Of a DNA stretch of 51,734 nt, positions 9,700 through 19,218 are shown in pieces (position 1 is the first letter of the stretch; each line of letters opens with the position of its first letter). Where the stretch lies: positions 1 through 51,734 of IMG/VR virus record IMGVR_UViG_3300046778_000197, one strand, 5' to 3'. A program made the translations under genes and the position numbers. This stretch comes from a virus (taxonomy: Duplodnaviria > Caudoviricetes). The notes below the pieces were generated by a model. That model did no database searches. It had not been told where the DNA came from and was given only the letters and a program-made list of their open reading frames with translations.

Positions 9700-11853
9700 T
9701 TAATCTTCCTTGTTTCCTTCAAATATAACTGAGGCCAAAAAGTTATCAACTTGATGTTCGTATGCTAAATTTTGAATTGATTTATAGCGTTCCTCATCAT
9801 TGAATTGGTCGGGATTCTTTAGGTACTTTTCTACCGAATCTTTATTCCAATTTGCAATAGATTCATTCATCATTATCGCTTCGGTTAAACTCTCAGCAAA
9901 ATCAGATTGTTCGGGGGATAATTCTTTAATTTTAAATTTTTCTAATAGTTTAGATTTCGTATCAGTTAACAAGATATTGGCGGTGATTAGGTTATCTTTT
10001 ATTTTAGATAAGCTATATAAACTAGCTTTACCTATTGGGGAAACTTTCTTAGTAGATTGCTTACGTTTTGTTCCAGATGGACGACCAGCCGGGCCGGAAG
10101 TTTGTGGGCCTTTAGGAATATTCGGTGAACCGGGAACTGGTTTAGGAGCTAGTTTAGCCTCTTCTTTCGCCATTTCTTTGTTCATTTCGTGCTGTTTTTC
10201 CTGCATTTTTAACTGTTGTTTATTAGTAACGTCAGCCAATTCCTTTTGGGTTTCCGCCCCGCCCAATAGAGGCTCATAGAATCCTTTCTTTTTAAGGCTA
10301 ATGTAATCAACCTGAGAGAGTTCTGATTCTTCCTTGGTCGGAATGCGTCCGGTTTCAAGGGCGTCAAATGTTTCAGATGGAGTTAAGAATCCAATTTCAC
10401 TTAATCTAATAACAATTCTATTGAATTCTGCCTCATCCTTTAGGTCGAAATCTTGAAAATAAGGAACCGGGCAATTTTTAAAGCCCATATCCTTGCTGAT
10501 TTTTTCCATTTCAGGAATAAGGAATTGGTTAAGAAACACTTCGCGGGCCTGAATCAATCTCTGGACGAATAAATTAACTTGAATATGTTGATTAGCAAAT
10601 TTCTCACCCTTTCCGACTAAAATGTTATTAAGTCCCATTCTAATATCCTCATTTACAATTTCATATTTTTTAGGATCTAATAAGTCGGCGATGGGCGGGA
10701 CAATAAACTCGGCTTTGGTAGTGAAATCCGCGACTAGAACTTTGCCGATTGACTCACTCTCGAATAGAGCTTGCGTGGCAGCGATAGTTTTAGCATCAAC
10801 CATATAATCCCCGGCTTTACTTTCATAACCCATTGTAACCAATAGAATTACGCGATGGGTAGTTCTAGAAATAGCCATGTCTATTTCTTTCATTTCTTCT
10901 TTATAATTAATATCTTTTAAAACGGGGAATCCCATTGGAACAGATAATGGTTCATAATCCTGCTTTTTATAAAATATAGCATATACATTTTTAGCGTCTA
11001 AAGGAATTTGAGGAGCGGAAGTGGAACTTTTCTTAATCGTTTCAATGATATTGGACGGTAGACTGGCCAGAAAATCTTCGTCCTCTTTGGTTTTAGGATT
11101 CTTAAGACGATCAACCTCATATCCATTTAATATTTTATAAAATTGTGAAGAAGAAAAAGAAATATTGCCGCCCGCAACAATATCAACCGGATTTAAAATT
11201 ACATATTTAGCTGGGAGTATTAATTCTTTCGCAACAGATGTATTATAAGCTTTATTTAATTTAGAGATATCTTCTTTCTGTGGTATGGATTCGAAACGAT
11301 ATAAAAATACGTTGCCGGATCTATAATATTCACGAAAGAATTTCTCCTGTAAATCAACTATATTAATTTTTTTGAATATTTGCCCAAAAAAGTCACGAGA
11401 TTTATTATTTCCCTCTCTTAAGAAAATTTTATTGCTAGAAAATTCAGTCATTACATCAATTACTGAGCGAAAAATAGAAAAATTATAATAACATTTTTGC
11501 GTAAGACGTATAGCGTCATTGACATTTATAAAGTCATTTTTATTACCACCTCTACTTCCAGACTGGAATGGATCTATCCCGTTAGAAATATGAAAAAACG
11601 CATCTGTTCGTTCGAGAGTGGCCGCCCTATTACGTCTTGAGGCTATAGACTGTTTAACTTCGCCCGCAAACATAGGCGAAATCGCAGTCAATTCTTTCAT
11701 TTTATCATTGGCTTTGGACTCGACCCAGATTCGATTGGTCTTAGAAACCTTAGTTTTATGAGGAAAAACGCCCGATTTTACTTGTTTCCAAGCGTCCCGG
11801 TACTCAACTTCATTATCCGCCGCCCACTTACTAAGTTTTATAAATTCACTCAT
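9700..11853 (-). CDS. Portal protein with N-terminal HTH-like extension
   Basis: CYYNFSIFRSVIDVMTEFS, FFREYYRSGNVF and FYKKQDYEPLSVPMGFPVL segments, plus a C-terminal GRPSG tail, typical of large-phage portals; near terL. ATG 11853 is preferred over 11874, which sits immediately after the promoter motif. Confidence 0.75.
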   Translation of the reverse strand: MSEFIKLSKWAADNEVEYRDAWKQVKSGVFPHKTKVSKTNRIWVESKANDKMKELTAISPMFAGEVKQSIASRRNRAATLERTDAFFHISNGIDPFQSGSRGGNKNDFINVNDAIRLTQKCYYNFSIFRSVIDVMTEFSSNKIFLREGNNKSRDFFGQIFKKINIVDLQEKFFREYYRSGNVFLYRFESIPQKEDISKLNKAYNTSVAKELILPAKYVILNPVDIVAGGNISFSSSQFYKILNGYEVDRLKNPKTKEDEDFLASLPSNIIETIKKSSTSAPQIPLDAKNVYAIFYKKQDYEPLSVPMGFPVLKDINYKEEMKEIDMAISRTTHRVILLVTMGYESKAGDYMVDAKTIAATQALFESESIGKVLVADFTTKAEFIVPPIADLLDPKKYEIVNEDIRMGLNNILVGKGEKFANQHIQVNLFVQRLIQAREVFLNQFLIPEMEKISKDMGFKNCPVPYFQDFDLKDEAEFNRIVIRLSEIGFLTPSETFDALETGRIPTKEESELSQVDYISLKKKGFYEPLLGGAETQKELADVTNKQQLKMQEKQHEMNKEMAKEEAKLAPKPVPGSPNIPKGPQTSGPAGRPSGTKRKQSTKKVSPIGKASLYSLSKIKDNLITANILLTDTKSKLLEKFKIKELSPEQSDFAESLTEAIMMNESIANWNKDSVEKYLKNPDQFNDEERYKSIQNLAYEHQVDNFLASVIFEGNKED

Positions 11854-11936
11854 AATTTTACTATTTAATACCATATATTACACTTAATTAAGTAATAATA
11901 AGGTATAAAATGGGATAAAATTATTACAGATTGTTA

Positions 11937-11965
11937 TTGACTATAATTCTCTTATAGACTAAACT
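11937..11965 (+). promoter_or_regulatory. Sigma70-type promoter TTGACT-17-TAAACT
   Basis: Read directly; 9 nt before the ATG at 11975. Confidence 0.7.
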
Positions 11966-11974
11966 TTATAAAAT

Positions 11975-12178
11975 ATGCAAGAATATTGGACTATTTTAGA
12001 TATAAATACAGCTTCTATCCCAATGGATTTATTGACATTAGACGAAAAGCTACAGAAGGATTATCTGATTAAAGACTTAATCGCTGCCAATAACAAATTA
12101 TATATTAAAGATGATATTTTATATGCTAATGATAGAGAATTAATTAAGGCCGCGAAAATTATAGAAGGTATAAAATAA
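11975..12178 (+). CDS. Hypothetical protein (67 aa)
   Basis: ORF downstream of a sigma70 promoter, closely followed by the YopX gene. Confidence 0.6.
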   Translation: MQEYWTILDINTASIPMDLLTLDEKLQKDYLIKDLIAANNKLYIKDDILYANDRELIKAAKIIEGIK

Positions 12179-12179
12179 T

Positions 12180-12590
12180 ATGACACAAAATAGACAATTA
12201 AAATTTCGCGTCTGGCATAAAGAATTAAATAGATTTTTAAGCAAAGACGAGTGGTTTGTAGGGCTAGATGGACAATTAAATTTTTATGAATTTGATTACG
12301 AAGACGGTTGCCATTTAAAAATTGTGAATAAAGATTTATGCGTTATAAATCAATGGACAGGATTACTAGATAAACAAGGAAAAGAAATATATGAAGGGGA
12401 TATTGTCAAAGATTTAGACAATGAAAACGGGGTAATAGAATTTAATAATGGAAGTTTTATTGTTAAATCAAAAATCACGATACCGTTCTGGTCAGTTTTA
12501 GAAATCAATGGATTAGTCTTGCCACGAGTTATTAACTCTAAAGCTTTTGAAGTTATAGGTAATATCTTTGAAAACCAAAATTTACTATGA
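12180..12590 (+). CDS. YopX family protein
   Basis: KFRVW...QWTGLLDKQGKEIYEGDIV...EVIGNIFEN signature. Confidence 0.9.
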   Translation: MTQNRQLKFRVWHKELNRFLSKDEWFVGLDGQLNFYEFDYEDGCHLKIVNKDLCVINQWTGLLDKQGKEIYEGDIVKDLDNENGVIEFNNGSFIVKSKITIPFWSVLEINGLVLPRVINSKAFEVIGNIFENQNLL

Positions 12591-12778
12591 TAACACCTAA
12601 AAAATTAGGAGAATCTATTATTATGAATAATATATATGATGTTCCACTTGAAATTATTGGGGCCGTGAATGAAATAGATATATATTTTAGAAAATTAGGA
12701 ATTAATGAGTGGGAATTGGGACATGTTTGTTCTAGGAATTACGCTCATAGATTAAAATATATAGAAAAAATTAATTGA
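12587..12778 (+). CDS. Hypothetical protein (63 aa)
   Basis: Start overlaps the YopX stop codon. Confidence 0.5.
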   Translation: MITPKKLGESIIMNNIYDVPLEIIGAVNEIDIYFRKLGINEWELGHVCSRNYAHRLKYIEKIN

Positions 12779-12787
12779 CCCAAAAGT

Positions 12788-14662
12788 TTACCTAAGCGTA
12801 CTTCCGCCGACAAGACGGGGGACGAATAATTCTAATTTTTCGTGAACTGGTTGAGTCATTAAATCTCTATATGCCTTGAATCCTTCAATGAGAAGTAATA
12901 ATGCAGTATAATTATCTTTCCTCGGCCTCGTGCTCGATTGTGATCTTTTTAAATGTTGTGGGAAATCGAATCGTTGATTTCCATTGGCAGAGATATAAAC
13001 ATCTATTAAATTTGCTTGTTTTTTGACTTGGTTGATTAAATCATCTTGAATATCAATAAAATCCATAATGTTATCTTTGCCTTCAAATTCGTAAGGAATA
13101 CTTTCATTGATAGCGGCTTCTAGTCCGTCTGCATGATTGTTTAATCTAGATCCAAACCATATCTTTTTAGTATTTAACATTGTTTGAAGCTGTTCATTCA
13201 TTCTTCTATTTTCCTCTGTATTAAATACCTGTTTATAACAAATTCTTTTTGCGTCCTGATTGTATTGTTTACGTACTTGCTTTAGCATCTTTACATACTC
13301 TTCCCCTTGAAGAGATCCATCATAATCAATATTTTGAATATTTATTCCTTCGTTTTTCAGTAAATCTGATTCATTGGCGCTGTCAATAAATCTGCCGTCA
13401 GAATTATCTGAAATAATAAATACTGGATCAAAAGCTTTTAATAGATATAAAAAGTATCTAATATGATTTTTAAGTCCGGCTCCGGTACGACCATAATTAT
13501 GCACTAAAGTTACTTCATTTTTTACTTCATCTATTGCTCCGATAGCCATAGCGAAAAAGTCAGAAGTGGGGCTATCTTTAAAATTAGGATCAATAGAAAG
13601 AATATATTTTACTTTTGGATCTCCTTTTAATAAAAGGGTGGGGTAATCGCCGGGTTTAATAGTTTGTTCGTTCAGTTTTTTAGCCGAAAAATAACTTTCT
13701 CCGCCGTCAAAAAATCTTGCACAATATTCTCGTTGAAAACTAGGACTCTCTTCTCCTCCGTTTGCGGCTTCCTCAATGATAGTTTGATCAACCATATATT
13801 TTGGTACAGATTTATAGCCCATTTGTGCAATAAAATATTTTGCATCTCCAACCGGCTTAGACTCATTTAAAATATTATCTAACCATTCTGTATAGGTTGT
13901 AAAAAGATTTTCAAAGGTATAAGACGCGCTAGTTAAAGCGACCATTCTTGATTGATTTGGAAATGTCATCCGTTGATCTTCAGTTATTTTTCCGTCTTTG
14001 ATCATTTGGTCTTCTATTTCTCGAACTTCTAATCTTTCTTTAATATTTGAGGGAGCTACGAGGAAGGGAAGGAGCACGTTCTTGATTATTTCTTCTGATA
14101 GCAATAAATATTCATCTATCAAAAGCAAGTTTGCGCGGAATCCTCTGATCTTGGAGTTGAGCGGCGTGGCGCGAATAGAGCTTATACATGTATTTCCGAT
14201 GATTGGCCATTCTAATAAATCATTTCGGCGCGACGGTTCGCTTCCAAACATTTGCCGCAGCATTGTGGCATTTTTACTATTAGCTATTTTTTCTAAATAT
14301 CCAAAGACATTTCTAGCTCCTCGGAAAGTAGGCGCAGCTATCATTACGTTAGTTCCCGGTTCAAATAGTGGAACTAGATAAGCAAGATGCCCGGCAAGAT
14401 AAGATTTAGAAAGGCCGCGACCCATTAAAAACATTGAGAAATTTCTATTTAAAACACCTTTTAATAATACTTCTTGAAATTCCGCTAATTTACTATCCCC
14501 TCCAGTAATAAGTTCTACGGTGAATCCAATATTTTTTCTCAAAAATTCGGCCAATGTAGTTTTTGCTTGTTTATCAGATAATTCACCCTTCAATTCTTTC
14601 ATGAATTTTAGGTTTATATCTTCACAGTTATTTTTATATTTGTCGGGAGTTATCCATGCCAT
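12788..14662 (-). CDS. terL: Terminase large subunit
   Basis: Walker A-like GRGLSKS, IRGFRANLLLIDE Walker B, LTSA coupling motif, FQREYCARF, RNase-H-like ILSIDP...SDFFA and C-terminal KDNYTAL. Confidence 0.9.
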   Translation of the reverse strand: MAWITPDKYKNNCEDINLKFMKELKGELSDKQAKTTLAEFLRKNIGFTVELITGGDSKLAEFQEVLLKGVLNRNFSMFLMGRGLSKSYLAGHLAYLVPLFEPGTNVMIAAPTFRGARNVFGYLEKIANSKNATMLRQMFGSEPSRRNDLLEWPIIGNTCISSIRATPLNSKIRGFRANLLLIDEYLLLSEEIIKNVLLPFLVAPSNIKERLEVREIEDQMIKDGKITEDQRMTFPNQSRMVALTSASYTFENLFTTYTEWLDNILNESKPVGDAKYFIAQMGYKSVPKYMVDQTIIEEAANGGEESPSFQREYCARFFDGGESYFSAKKLNEQTIKPGDYPTLLLKGDPKVKYILSIDPNFKDSPTSDFFAMAIGAIDEVKNEVTLVHNYGRTGAGLKNHIRYFLYLLKAFDPVFIISDNSDGRFIDSANESDLLKNEGINIQNIDYDGSLQGEEYVKMLKQVRKQYNQDAKRICYKQVFNTEENRRMNEQLQTMLNTKKIWFGSRLNNHADGLEAAINESIPYEFEGKDNIMDFIDIQDDLINQVKKQANLIDVYISANGNQRFDFPQHLKRSQSSTRPRKDNYTALLLLIEGFKAYRDLMTQPVHEKLELFVPRLVGGSTLR

Positions 14663-14665
14663 AAA

Positions 14666-15364
14666 TTAAATATGTTTCCAGGTTTTTCTATGAACAATTT
14701 CCCAAACCCTCGCTCTGGGCATGTTCATAATCTTTCCTATTTCAACCTGAGTTTTACCATTGGAATACAAGTCACGCATTTTTAGTATATCTTCATTCGT
14801 ATATTTACAAGACCCATGTTCTTCTCCAGACGGGTTTTTGAGTAAACCTGTATCTACTGCGTGTTTAACATTTTCAGAATTATTCATCCATTCTAGATTG
14901 TTGATATTATTGTCTGTTTTTATTCCATTTTTATGATTAACAATCGGATGATTTTTATTATTTGGAATGAAAGTCATCGCTATTAAACGATGTACGGAAC
15001 AACTAGTTTGTTCTCCCTTTTTTGATAAGTTTGCCATTAGATATTGGCTATGATGAAAATTTAATGTTAGTATCCTTCCCTTTTTACCGAAAGAAATTTC
15101 TTTGCCAGTTTTTTTATCTATTTTAACTATCGTTCTATCTACCGATCTTAATCTTCCAAGATTTGACGCTTGATAATAATTTTCGAAAGATGGTATGTCT
15201 TTCCATATCTCATCTTTAAAATCACCTTTATCATTAAATTTGTATTTCTTTGCTTCCATTAATTCTATCTGCTTGTCTATGGCTAATTTAATAAAATTAG
15301 ATATATTATCTACGTTTCTTAATTTTATCTCCTGATATTCTGTTAATTCGACGTTAATATTCAT
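14666..15364 (-). CDS. NUMOD4-HNH homing endonuclease with N-terminal RHH-like segment and C-terminal HTH
   Basis: EIWKDIPSFENYYQASNLGRLRS (NUMOD4); VHRLIAMTF...VNHKNGIKTDNNINNLEW (HNH). Confidence 0.9.
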   Translation of the reverse strand: MNINVELTEYQEIKLRNVDNISNFIKLAIDKQIELMEAKKYKFNDKGDFKDEIWKDIPSFENYYQASNLGRLRSVDRTIVKIDKKTGKEISFGKKGRILTLNFHHSQYLMANLSKKGEQTSCSVHRLIAMTFIPNNKNHPIVNHKNGIKTDNNINNLEWMNNSENVKHAVDTGLLKNPSGEEHGSCKYTNEDILKMRDLYSNGKTQVEIGKIMNMPRARVWEIVHRKTWKHI

Positions 15365-15406
15365 ATGTTCGTAATATATTATACGGTATTAGAACAAATA
15401 TATAAT

Positions 15407-16321
15407 TTATTTTAAAATAATTTTCTCCGAATCTAAAACATATTGAAAATCTATAGTTTTGGGGTCATTTTTTAAAGAAAATATTTGTTGAATTAAATTC
15501 GCGGCCTCTTTTTTATTGTTAACGCACACAATTTGACATATTTCTGGATACAATCTCAGTATTTCCCTAGCCCTATGAAGTATAAAATCACTAGTAGCTC
15601 GAATTTTCTTAGTATGTGGTAAATAAGCTAGAGAGGTAATATTACTAAATTTTTCTTCAATTAATATGATTAAATATTGATTGTTTTTCTTGCATCTATC
15701 CAATTCACGGGCAAAGCGATCAAATCCCTTTGAAAGCGTACCACAGAAATCACTTATAGATTTTTTTTCAATTATAATATCACTATTTTCTATTGTGTAG
15801 TCTCCAACATCTAATTTTTGAATTATTTTATTAGGTAGATCTAAAACGCTATTCTCACGAGTATCTATTATAAAATTTAGTTCTTTTTCTTCTAATTCGA
15901 GTATCTGGCTATAGTCATATCTATTAATTAGTCCAGCTTCTTCACAAATTTTTTTATAAGAATCCTTTCCATAAAACTTATGCAAGAATTTAATAGTAGG
16001 GAAACAAAAACTTTTACATTCAAATTCAGATGGCGAATAAATTAAACTTTTGCTTTCTTTCCTTCTTGATACCCAATTCTTTAAATAAGATAACCCATCC
16101 TCTTTGGTTGCTAATTCCAAGTATTTCTTTAAATTTCTCTTATCATTAAAATCTGTTAATTCATAAGAATCTTCTGATTTAAATTTAATAGGTTCTTTGG
16201 TTAATAAGTCAAATCTAGGATAATATTTTTCTATAAAACTAGCATATTTTATTTTATGAGAAGAATATGGATGTTTTTTATCTATATTTTTTAAATTACA
16301 AATCGGACAATCTATTTGCAT
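15407..16321 (-). CDS. ERCC4/XPF-domain nuclease with N-terminal Zn-finger-like motif
   Basis: IIDTRE...LDVGDY...IIEKKSISDF ERCC4 motif; N-terminal CPIC...H...H. Confidence 0.8.
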   Translation of the reverse strand: MQIDCPICNLKNIDKKHPYSSHKIKYASFIEKYYPRFDLLTKEPIKFKSEDSYELTDFNDKRNLKKYLELATKEDGLSYLKNWVSRRKESKSLIYSPSEFECKSFCFPTIKFLHKFYGKDSYKKICEEAGLINRYDYSQILELEEKELNFIIDTRENSVLDLPNKIIQKLDVGDYTIENSDIIIEKKSISDFCGTLSKGFDRFARELDRCKKNNQYLIILIEEKFSNITSLAYLPHTKKIRATSDFILHRAREILRLYPEICQIVCVNNKKEAANLIQQIFSLKNDPKTIDFQYVLDSEKIILK

Positions 16322-16323
16322 TT

Positions 16324-17436
16324 TTAATTATTAAGTATTTCTGACTTGTCCAATCCAAAAATTGTGCCAATAATATCATCTAAAGATTCGAGTCTATCAA
16401 TTTCGATACTAAGTTTTTCTTTTTTAACGTTGGCAATTTTGATCATTTTATTTCTAGTCTCTTCGGCTTTCCAAAGTTCTACTAAATTTAGAATGCTTGA
16501 AGTATCTTTGAGTTTATTATCTAATCTTTCGCTCCTTTGCTGTGTCAATGCCTTATACAAATTCTGCTGTCTTTTCACACAGTCATTGTATTCCGTCCGG
16601 GCCGACTTTAGAGCCTCAACGTGCGTCATGGACATCTTGCCTTCTTCATCTATAATTCTTTGCTGCTCTCTCTGAAGTTGATTAATATTTTTTAATATAT
16701 TGGATGCCATTATTTTTTCGTTACAAAGAATAATGTATTGATCCAAATCTTCTGAGCTTAAATCATATTTATCCCAAGTATACTCAACAAATGCTGACTC
16801 AAATAAAGATCGGTCGCTCTCTGTAAAATAAGAATTAATCTGATGAATAAACCTAAAATTATGTAAGTAAGAAATTAAAGATGAACAATTTTTACGTTCG
16901 GATGCTTTAAGATTTCTAAAGTCTATTTCCGCGCTTTTAACATACTTATTTATTTTCGAACATACCCTGTCAATTGTAGTGGGCGGCGAATAATCTTTTT
17001 CGGGAATAATATCATCAACAATTGCGGGCACAACAATATTTTCAAACTTGCTCTCAGTTTTTTCCCCCTTTAGAGTTTTGACATAATTAAATATTGTCCG
17101 GGCTTCTTGAGAGACTGGAGAAAGATTTTTATTGTTGAATAATTCTTGAGCCATTTCGACCGACTTCATAGTTATATAATTGTTGTTTATATATTCTATT
17201 TGTTCGGGAGATAAAATTAGGTCGCCTTTCTTTTTGTAACCAGAAGTGGGCGGGGCTGCCCCTTTTTCTATAAGGAAAGTTTTAATTACTTTTCCTTCTG
17301 TGCTTCTAGGGTCATGATTGACTAATTCCGGCCAGGCTTTATTGATTAAAGTGGGAATTGAAGGAGGCGGTTGGTCTTCTGTCCAAGATTTCCAGACTTT
17401 TTCTTGCTGTTCGGGAGATAAATAGAGTATTTCCAT
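16324..17436 (-). CDS. Hypothetical protein (370 aa; terminase-small-subunit candidate by position)
   Basis: Intact helical ORF with a C-terminal coiled coil in the operon upstream of terL. Confidence 0.5.
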   Translation of the reverse strand: MEILYLSPEQQEKVWKSWTEDQPPPSIPTLINKAWPELVNHDPRSTEGKVIKTFLIEKGAAPPTSGYKKKGDLILSPEQIEYINNNYITMKSVEMAQELFNNKNLSPVSQEARTIFNYVKTLKGEKTESKFENIVVPAIVDDIIPEKDYSPPTTIDRVCSKINKYVKSAEIDFRNLKASERKNCSSLISYLHNFRFIHQINSYFTESDRSLFESAFVEYTWDKYDLSSEDLDQYIILCNEKIMASNILKNINQLQREQQRIIDEEGKMSMTHVEALKSARTEYNDCVKRQQNLYKALTQQRSERLDNKLKDTSSILNLVELWKAEETRNKMIKIANVKKEKLSIEIDRLESLDDIIGTIFGLDKSEILNN

Positions 17437-17437
17437 A

Positions 17438-17965
17438 TTAAATTTCCATCCATTTATTAAGAAACTCTAATTGAAAACCCTCTGAATGTTTTTCCTCCTC
17501 CGTAAACATTTCAAAAAATTTATCGCCATTCATCTCATCAATTCCGACTATCATATAACTTGAATATTGGCCGCCATTACAATTTAATAATTTAATTAGA
17601 AAATCATTATTATCTAATTTCGTGAGATTTCTTATCTTGGCTACGGATGAACAATAATAACCGCATTTATCGATATTCTTTAATTTATCGTTATAATCAA
17701 ACTCTTCATAATAAGTTTTAATATTTTTGTCTGAATTAGACTTAATATTCTTATTGATTAGAACTCTCGATTTGAACCGTTTTCCCAGTTTTTCTTTAAT
17801 ATAATTTGAAGTTCGATTGCTTGGAGATACAATATTAACTTTATTTTTAATATCGTTTTCTAAAAATTCTATAGCATGTTTCACCAATCTGAATGTTTTT
17901 CCCGCCCCTCTTGGGGATAGTTCAATATAAAGTTTATAAAATTGTTCTTTCTGAAAATTTGTCAT
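17438..17965 (-). CDS. Small P-loop NTPase-like protein
   Basis: SPRGAGKT Walker A; YYEEFD Walker B-like. Confidence 0.55.
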   Translation of the reverse strand: MTNFQKEQFYKLYIELSPRGAGKTFRLVKHAIEFLENDIKNKVNIVSPSNRTSNYIKEKLGKRFKSRVLINKNIKSNSDKNIKTYYEEFDYNDKLKNIDKCGYYCSSVAKIRNLTKLDNNDFLIKLLNCNGGQYSSYMIVGIDEMNGDKFFEMFTEEEKHSEGFQLEFLNKWMEI

Positions 17966-18657
17966 ATTTCTATATTTCCATTCTCCCGCTCCTGTTTAAA
18001 TTTTAATATAATAATCTTTTTGACTTTAGTTATGGTATTGTATCCGGGTTTTCTAAATTTTTCATTGGTGGTATAGCCCATTCTTTTGGCGGTTTCGGCC
18101 TCGTCTAATCCTTCAATAAACATTAAAGTATAAATTTTCAATTCTAAAGGCTTAAGAACTTTTATCATGCATTTATGGACTTTAGTTATATTAATATCAG
18201 ATAAATTAAATTCTGATGGCCGGTCATAGACTTCTTGAGTATGAGATTCTAAAGTAACTGGTAATTTAACATCATGGGCGCGTTTCTTAGTGACCTCCCA
18301 GCGAGCGTACAATGGGCATAGGTTACATTGTTTAGTATAAATACGGCATAAGTCCGTCCCTTCATTTTCGGGGCATTTTAAACAGGGTCTAGAGTGTGAA
18401 TCATATAAATTGCGCCGGATGTTACTAATTTGGCGGCTTATAATTCGATTAGCCCAATGAGAAAAGGGTAAATTTGGATCGTAAAGATGGAATTTCTTAT
18501 AAATATGTAACCGGATTAACTGAGAAACATCATCATAATCTAGCCATGCGATACCCTTTAAAGTCCATTTATGGGCGCGTTTTTGCAATTCCCGATCAAG
18601 GATTGGAAGCAACTCCTCAAAAGTTGGCTTATTCTCCGGTTGGTTCGCCGCCAACAT
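17962..18657 (-). CDS. Phage sigma70-family sigma factor with Cys-rich insert
   Basis: DYDDVSQ...YDPNLPFSHWANRII (region 2); C-terminal HTH EAETAKRMGY; CxxC insert. Confidence 0.75.
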   Translation of the reverse strand: MLAANQPENKPTFEELLPILDRELQKRAHKWTLKGIAWLDYDDVSQLIRLHIYKKFHLYDPNLPFSHWANRIISRQISNIRRNLYDSHSRPCLKCPENEGTDLCRIYTKQCNLCPLYARWEVTKKRAHDVKLPVTLESHTQEVYDRPSEFNLSDINITKVHKCMIKVLKPLELKIYTLMFIEGLDEAETAKRMGYTTNEKFRKPGYNTITKVKKIIILKFKQERENGNIEI

Positions 18658-19033
18658 TATTTGATCCCTTCTTAGTCATTTCTTGTTTCCACTCTTCTGC
18701 AAATTGTTTCTGACTTACTTTCTTGCCTTTTGGCCTATTAAAATTCATCTTGGGGCTGTTGTCTAATCCTAGATTCCCTAGTTTTTCAGTATTCCGCATA
18801 TTAGAAACAGATTCTAATTGGAAAGGAGTAATGGTTGGAATATTCGCCACGACATCTTCGTCTTCATAATCTTCCTCAACTTCAATATATTTTGGATTAA
18901 GTTTTTTCTTAATTAGCGGGATAGGTTGGATGAGAGACGCCTTAGAAAAAGAATAAGAACAGTTCGCACAAAATTTTGGCCTCAACTCCATGTAGTCTGT
19001 TGGCTGTTTACATTCTGGACAGTATATTTTCAT
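18629..19033 (-). CDS. Zinc-ribbon hypothetical protein
   Basis: YCPEC...KFCANC. Confidence 0.65.
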   Translation of the reverse strand: MKIYCPECKQPTDYMELRPKFCANCSYSFSKASLIQPIPLIKKKLNPKYIEVEEDYEDEDVVANIPTITPFQLESVSNMRNTEKLGNLGLDNSPKMNFNRPKGKKVSQKQFAEEWKQEMTKKGSNNVGGEPTGE

Positions 19034-19127
19034 ATATTTACGATATAATACACTTACTTACAGTTAAATAAATAAAAAGTGTAAAATATAATATTCTGCG
19101 GTTAATATATATCATGACTGATAAAAT

Positions 19128-19218
19128 TTCTAACGACCCAAGCTCAGCGACTCCGCAACCTGAGACTCCAATTGCAACTGAGGCGTCAAGCGGAGTTCGC
19201 TGCAGCGCATGGTTAGGT
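19128..19218 (-). repeat. Integron attC site (downstream site of the cassette)
   Basis: Minus strand: R'' ACCTAAC, CATGC spacer, L'' GCTGCAGCGAAC ... GTCGCTGAGC L', R' GTTAGAA. Imperfect palindrome with extra bases in the R''-L'' arm. Confidence 0.85.
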
